A stretch of 62,526 nucleotides of DNA, filler included. It is 7 parts of 7 records of this genome, joined end to end, with 100 filler letters (N's around TTAATTAATTAA, not from the genome) between each part and the next. Parts side by side here need not be neighbours in the genome. Positions count along the whole stretch, not along the records: positions 56,337 to 62,526 come from SRR20825010_2849; 6 more parts are not named here. One strand, 5' to 3'. The number at the start of each line of letters is the position of its first letter. The first letter of the stretch is position 1. Below, piece after piece: positions 60,014-62,526 of this stretch. Below the pieces are notes generated by a model. It had not been told where the DNA came from and did not search any database. It saw nothing but the letters and a program-made list of their open reading frames with translations. A program made the position numbers and the translations under genes.

Positions 60014-60979
60014 TCAGCAGCGCAGTGTAAGTGCAGCGGGGAGAATGTCGAAACGAGCGGGTAGGCGTCCGGGGGCCTCGCCATCGACATCGAGCAATAC
60101 AGGACGGGCACCGACAGGTGTGGCGACAAGCGAGGCGGTGCGGCGGACGGAAACTTTGGGGTTTTGTAAATGCGTGCCGTCACGCATCGAGCCCGAGCCG
60201 GTTAGCATGTCCTTGAAGGTTGTATCGCGCATAGTGACGACGTCAAATTTGCCATCATCGGGCAGCGCGTCTGGCGCGATCTTCATGCCGCCGCCGAAAA
60301 ACTTTCCGTTGGAGACGGCGCAGACACCGACATTGTGTGTTTCCTCTGTGCCGTCATCGTAAGCGAGACGCACAGGATGGGTCTTGTAGCGGAAGGATGT
60401 TGCCAGAGTCGCCCAGAGAAAGGCGAAAGCGCCCCCGAAGATTTTGGAGATGCTGGCGCGGTTTACGGCGCGGACGACTTCGCCTGACAGGCCGAAGCTC
60501 GCGATATTGTTGAAATAGCGGATTGTCTCCAAGCCATCTTCGTCGGTGAACTGCATACGTCCGAGGTCGATCTGTCGTGTGCCGCCGGCGCCGATGCGGC
60601 TGATGCAGCCTTCGAGGTCTTCGGGCAATTCGAATGTCTTGCGGAAGTCGCCGCCCGTGCCGGTGTTGAGGATGGCGAGATGGGCATCGGGATTGATCAT
60701 CTCGCCATTTTCAAAAAAGCCGTTCACGACCTCGCTAATCGTGCCGTCGCCGCCAACCGCGATGACGAGTTGTGCGCCAGTGCGCAATGCTTCGCGGGTG
60801 AGTTCGGCGGCGGGCAGATAGCGCGGAGTGGAGGGCGATGCGGTGAAATGCGCGCGCACGGGGCCGAGTTCTTTTTCAAGAGCATTGGCAATGAGCCGCC
60901 AGCCGCGGCCCGTGCGGCCACCACCCGAACGCGGGTTCACGATGGCCGCGACATGCGGCATGTATTGTGTAGCGGTCAT
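60014..60979 (-). CDS. Diacylglycerol/lipid kinase family protein (DAGK/YegS-like)
   Basis: VNPRSG, GGDGT, GTGGDF, NGKFFGGG and DGE; GAGGGGG Shine-Dalgarno supports ATG 60979. Confidence 0.88.
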   Translation of the reverse strand: MTATQYMPHVAAIVNPRSGGGRTGRGWRLIANALEKELGPVRAHFTASPSTPRYLPAAELTREALRTGAQLVIAVGGDGTISEVVNGFFENGEMINPDAHLAILNTGTGGDFRKTFELPEDLEGCISRIGAGGTRQIDLGRMQFTDEDGLETIRYFNNIASFGLSGEVVRAVNRASISKIFGGAFAFLWATLATSFRYKTHPVRLAYDDGTEETHNVGVCAVSNGKFFGGGMKIAPDALPDDGKFDVVTMRDTTFKDMLTGSGSMRDGTHLQNPKVSVRRTASLVATPVGARPVLLDVDGEAPGRLPARFDILPAALTLRC

Positions 60980-60989
60980 GCGTCCCCCC

Positions 60990-62526
60990 TCATGGATGCA
61001 ATTCGTTGGATGCCTCTGCCATTGCGGCGCCCTGCATGTCGCCTTCATGCTGGCGGGCTTGTGTTTCGAACAGGCGGCTTGTGTTGGCAAGCTCTGTGGC
61101 GATGCGGGTTTCGTCCCAATTGAGTTCTTGTGCCATCAGTTCGGCAATGGATTTGAGCATGGGTACGCCGGGATGGCCCAAAGTGCCGATGCCGGTGCGG
61201 CGCAGGACGATATCGTCCATATGGGTTGCCATTTCGTGGCGTATTGCATGGACGATCTGCACGGCGAGATAGGGGGTCTCAGATGACAGACGGCGCAGCA
61301 TGGCGGCGCGGTCTGTGCCCGGCTCGTCTGCGGTGGCCAGAACTTCGTCGATGCGGCTGCCATAGAAGTGGCAGAGATTTTCAACCACATCGGCTGGCAG
61401 ATGGGCATGGCGCTTTTGTGCGCGCGTGATGAAGCTTTTCAGGCGCCCGATCTCGCCGCCATAGACCGGCGTGCAATGGGTTTCGCATTTGGCGGTGTTG
61501 CCGATTTTCTTTGCGGCCATATCGACAATGAGTTCGGCAAGATGGCGCGAGGTTGTCCATTTGCCGCCAAGGGCGGAGATGAAACCGTCAATGCCGCTCA
61601 TCGTGCGGTGGTCGCAGACTTCGGCTTCGCGGCTGGCCTTGTAGCTGTCTTTCGGGCCTTCGGCGTCCGGCTCGTTGTCGATGAGCGGGCGGATGCCGAC
61701 ATAGTGGTGCAGCACATCCTCGCGTTTGAGATTGAGGCTCGGCAGACCGTCATTGATGACGGAGAGGAAATCGCGGATGTCTTCCTCGGTGACGCCGACG
61801 CGATCCGGCTCGTCCTTGAAGACAGCATCAGTGGTGCCGAAAATCGTGTGACCGCGCCAGGGGATGACAAAGAAGTGGCCACCAATATCGGACTGGATGG
61901 CCAGCGCATGGTCGCCGGACATATCGCGCGTGATGATGTGAATGCCTTTGGAGCGGATGAGGCCGCGCGAGGGATTGTGGTTTTCGCCAAGGCGCATCAT
62001 CTCGTCGGCCCAAGGACCGGCGGCATTGATGGTGACTTTGCCTTTGATGTTATGTGTCTCGCCGGTCAGCACGTCTTTGACTTCGACACCGGTGACGCGC
62101 GTGCCTTCACGGGTGAAGCCGGTGACCTCGGCGTAGTTTGCGGTATCCGCGCCATATTCGACCGCGCCTTCGACACATTCGAGGCAGAGACGTTCGGGCG
62201 CGAACATCTGGCAGTCGTAATAGACTTTGGCACCGGTCAGCTCTTCGCGCCGCAGGCTCGGCATGAGGCGCAAAGCCTCGGCGCGCGAAATGGATTTGTA
62301 GCCGGGAATTTTCTTGTCATCGTCGGAGACGAAATTCCGATCATAGGAGAGCAAGTCATAGAACAGCAGGCCGATGGAGAGAATGAGCCCGCTTTTCATG
62401 CCGCGCCCGTAGGTGGGGATGATGAAAGGCAGGGGGTGGACCATATGGGGGGCGATGTTTTCCCAGATGCGGCGTTCGCGCAGGGATTCGCGCACCAGCT
62501 TCAGCTCGCCATTGACCAGATAGCGC
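60990..62526 (-). CDS. glpD: FAD-dependent glycerol-3-phosphate dehydrogenase/oxidase family protein (5' truncated)
   Basis: LVRESLRER, INAAGPW, KGIH, GTTD, GIRPL and GGKWTT. Confidence 0.88.
   Translation of the reverse strand, partial: RYLVNGELKLVRESLRERRIWENIAPHMVHPLPFIIPTYGRGMKSGLILSIGLLFYDLLSYDRNFVSDDDKKIPGYKSISRAEALRLMPSLRREELTGAKVYYDCQMFAPERLCLECVEGAVEYGADTANYAEVTGFTREGTRVTGVEVKDVLTGETHNIKGKVTINAAGPWADEMMRLGENHNPSRGLIRSKGIHIITRDMSGDHALAIQSDIGGHFFVIPWRGHTIFGTTDAVFKDEPDRVGVTEEDIRDFLSVINDGLPSLNLKREDVLHHYVGIRPLIDNEPDAEGPKDSYKASREAEVCDHRTMSGIDGFISALGGKWTTSRHLAELIVDMAAKKIGNTAKCETHCTPVYGGEIGRLKSFITRAQKRHAHLPADVVENLCHFYGSRIDEVLATADEPGTDRAAMLRRLSSETPYLAVQIVHAIRHEMATHMDDIVLRRTGIGTLGHPGVPMLKSIAELMAQELNWDETRIATELANTSRLFETQARQHEGDMQGAAMAEASNELHP

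Overview
This window is not one continuous locus. It is seven unrelated contigs joined by 100-nt artificial spacers (44 N + TTAATTAATTAA + 44 N), so gene neighbourhoods are only meaningful within a contig. Taxonomic labels are impressions from composition and protein style, not search results. (1) 1-11172, Flavobacteriaceae-like: 5' segment of prfB with its +1 frameshift site; a circularly permuted ATP-grasp / alpha-E / transglutaminase operon; ltaE; YegP; a stand-alone trpB; thioredoxin; YbaB; oligopeptidase B; and a probable sulfonolipid (capnine) capA-capB pair. (2) 11273-16019, Bacteroidota (Cyclobacteriaceae-like): F1Fo ATP synthase genes and a SprE/PorW-like fragment. (3) 16120-34604, betaproteobacterium (Limnobacter-like): NasS-like fragment, glcDEF, a secreted Cache protein plus MCP, tsaD, a CocE-like lipoprotein, and a nirB-nirD-nasA-ybiB nitrate assimilation operon. 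That operon has an NtrC box, a sigma-54 promoter and a twin-hairpin ANTAR (NasT-type) attenuator leader. (4) 34705-39192, alphaproteobacterium: an ABC protein with degenerate ATPase motifs, a cNMP-binding protein, ampG and an acyl-CoA ligase. (5) 39293-52183, Flavobacteriaceae-like: housekeeping genes, cdaA, a YeeE/YedE pair under a perfect 20-bp palindrome, and a DUF1501 / planctomycete-type cytochrome pair. (6) 52284-56236, Flavobacteriaceae-like: GH125 + GH92 mannosidases with a LacI-type operator. (7) 56337-62526, alphaproteobacterium (Parvibaculum-like): esterase, acyl-CoA ligase, and a GlpD / lipid kinase / alkyl-DHAP-synthase-like trio. The best leads for uncharacterised systems are that trio (possible ether-lipid pathway), the ATP-grasp/alpha-E/transglutaminase operon, and the pseudo-ATPase ABC + cNMP module. 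I saw no CRISPR array, rRNA, tRNA, prophage or transposase.
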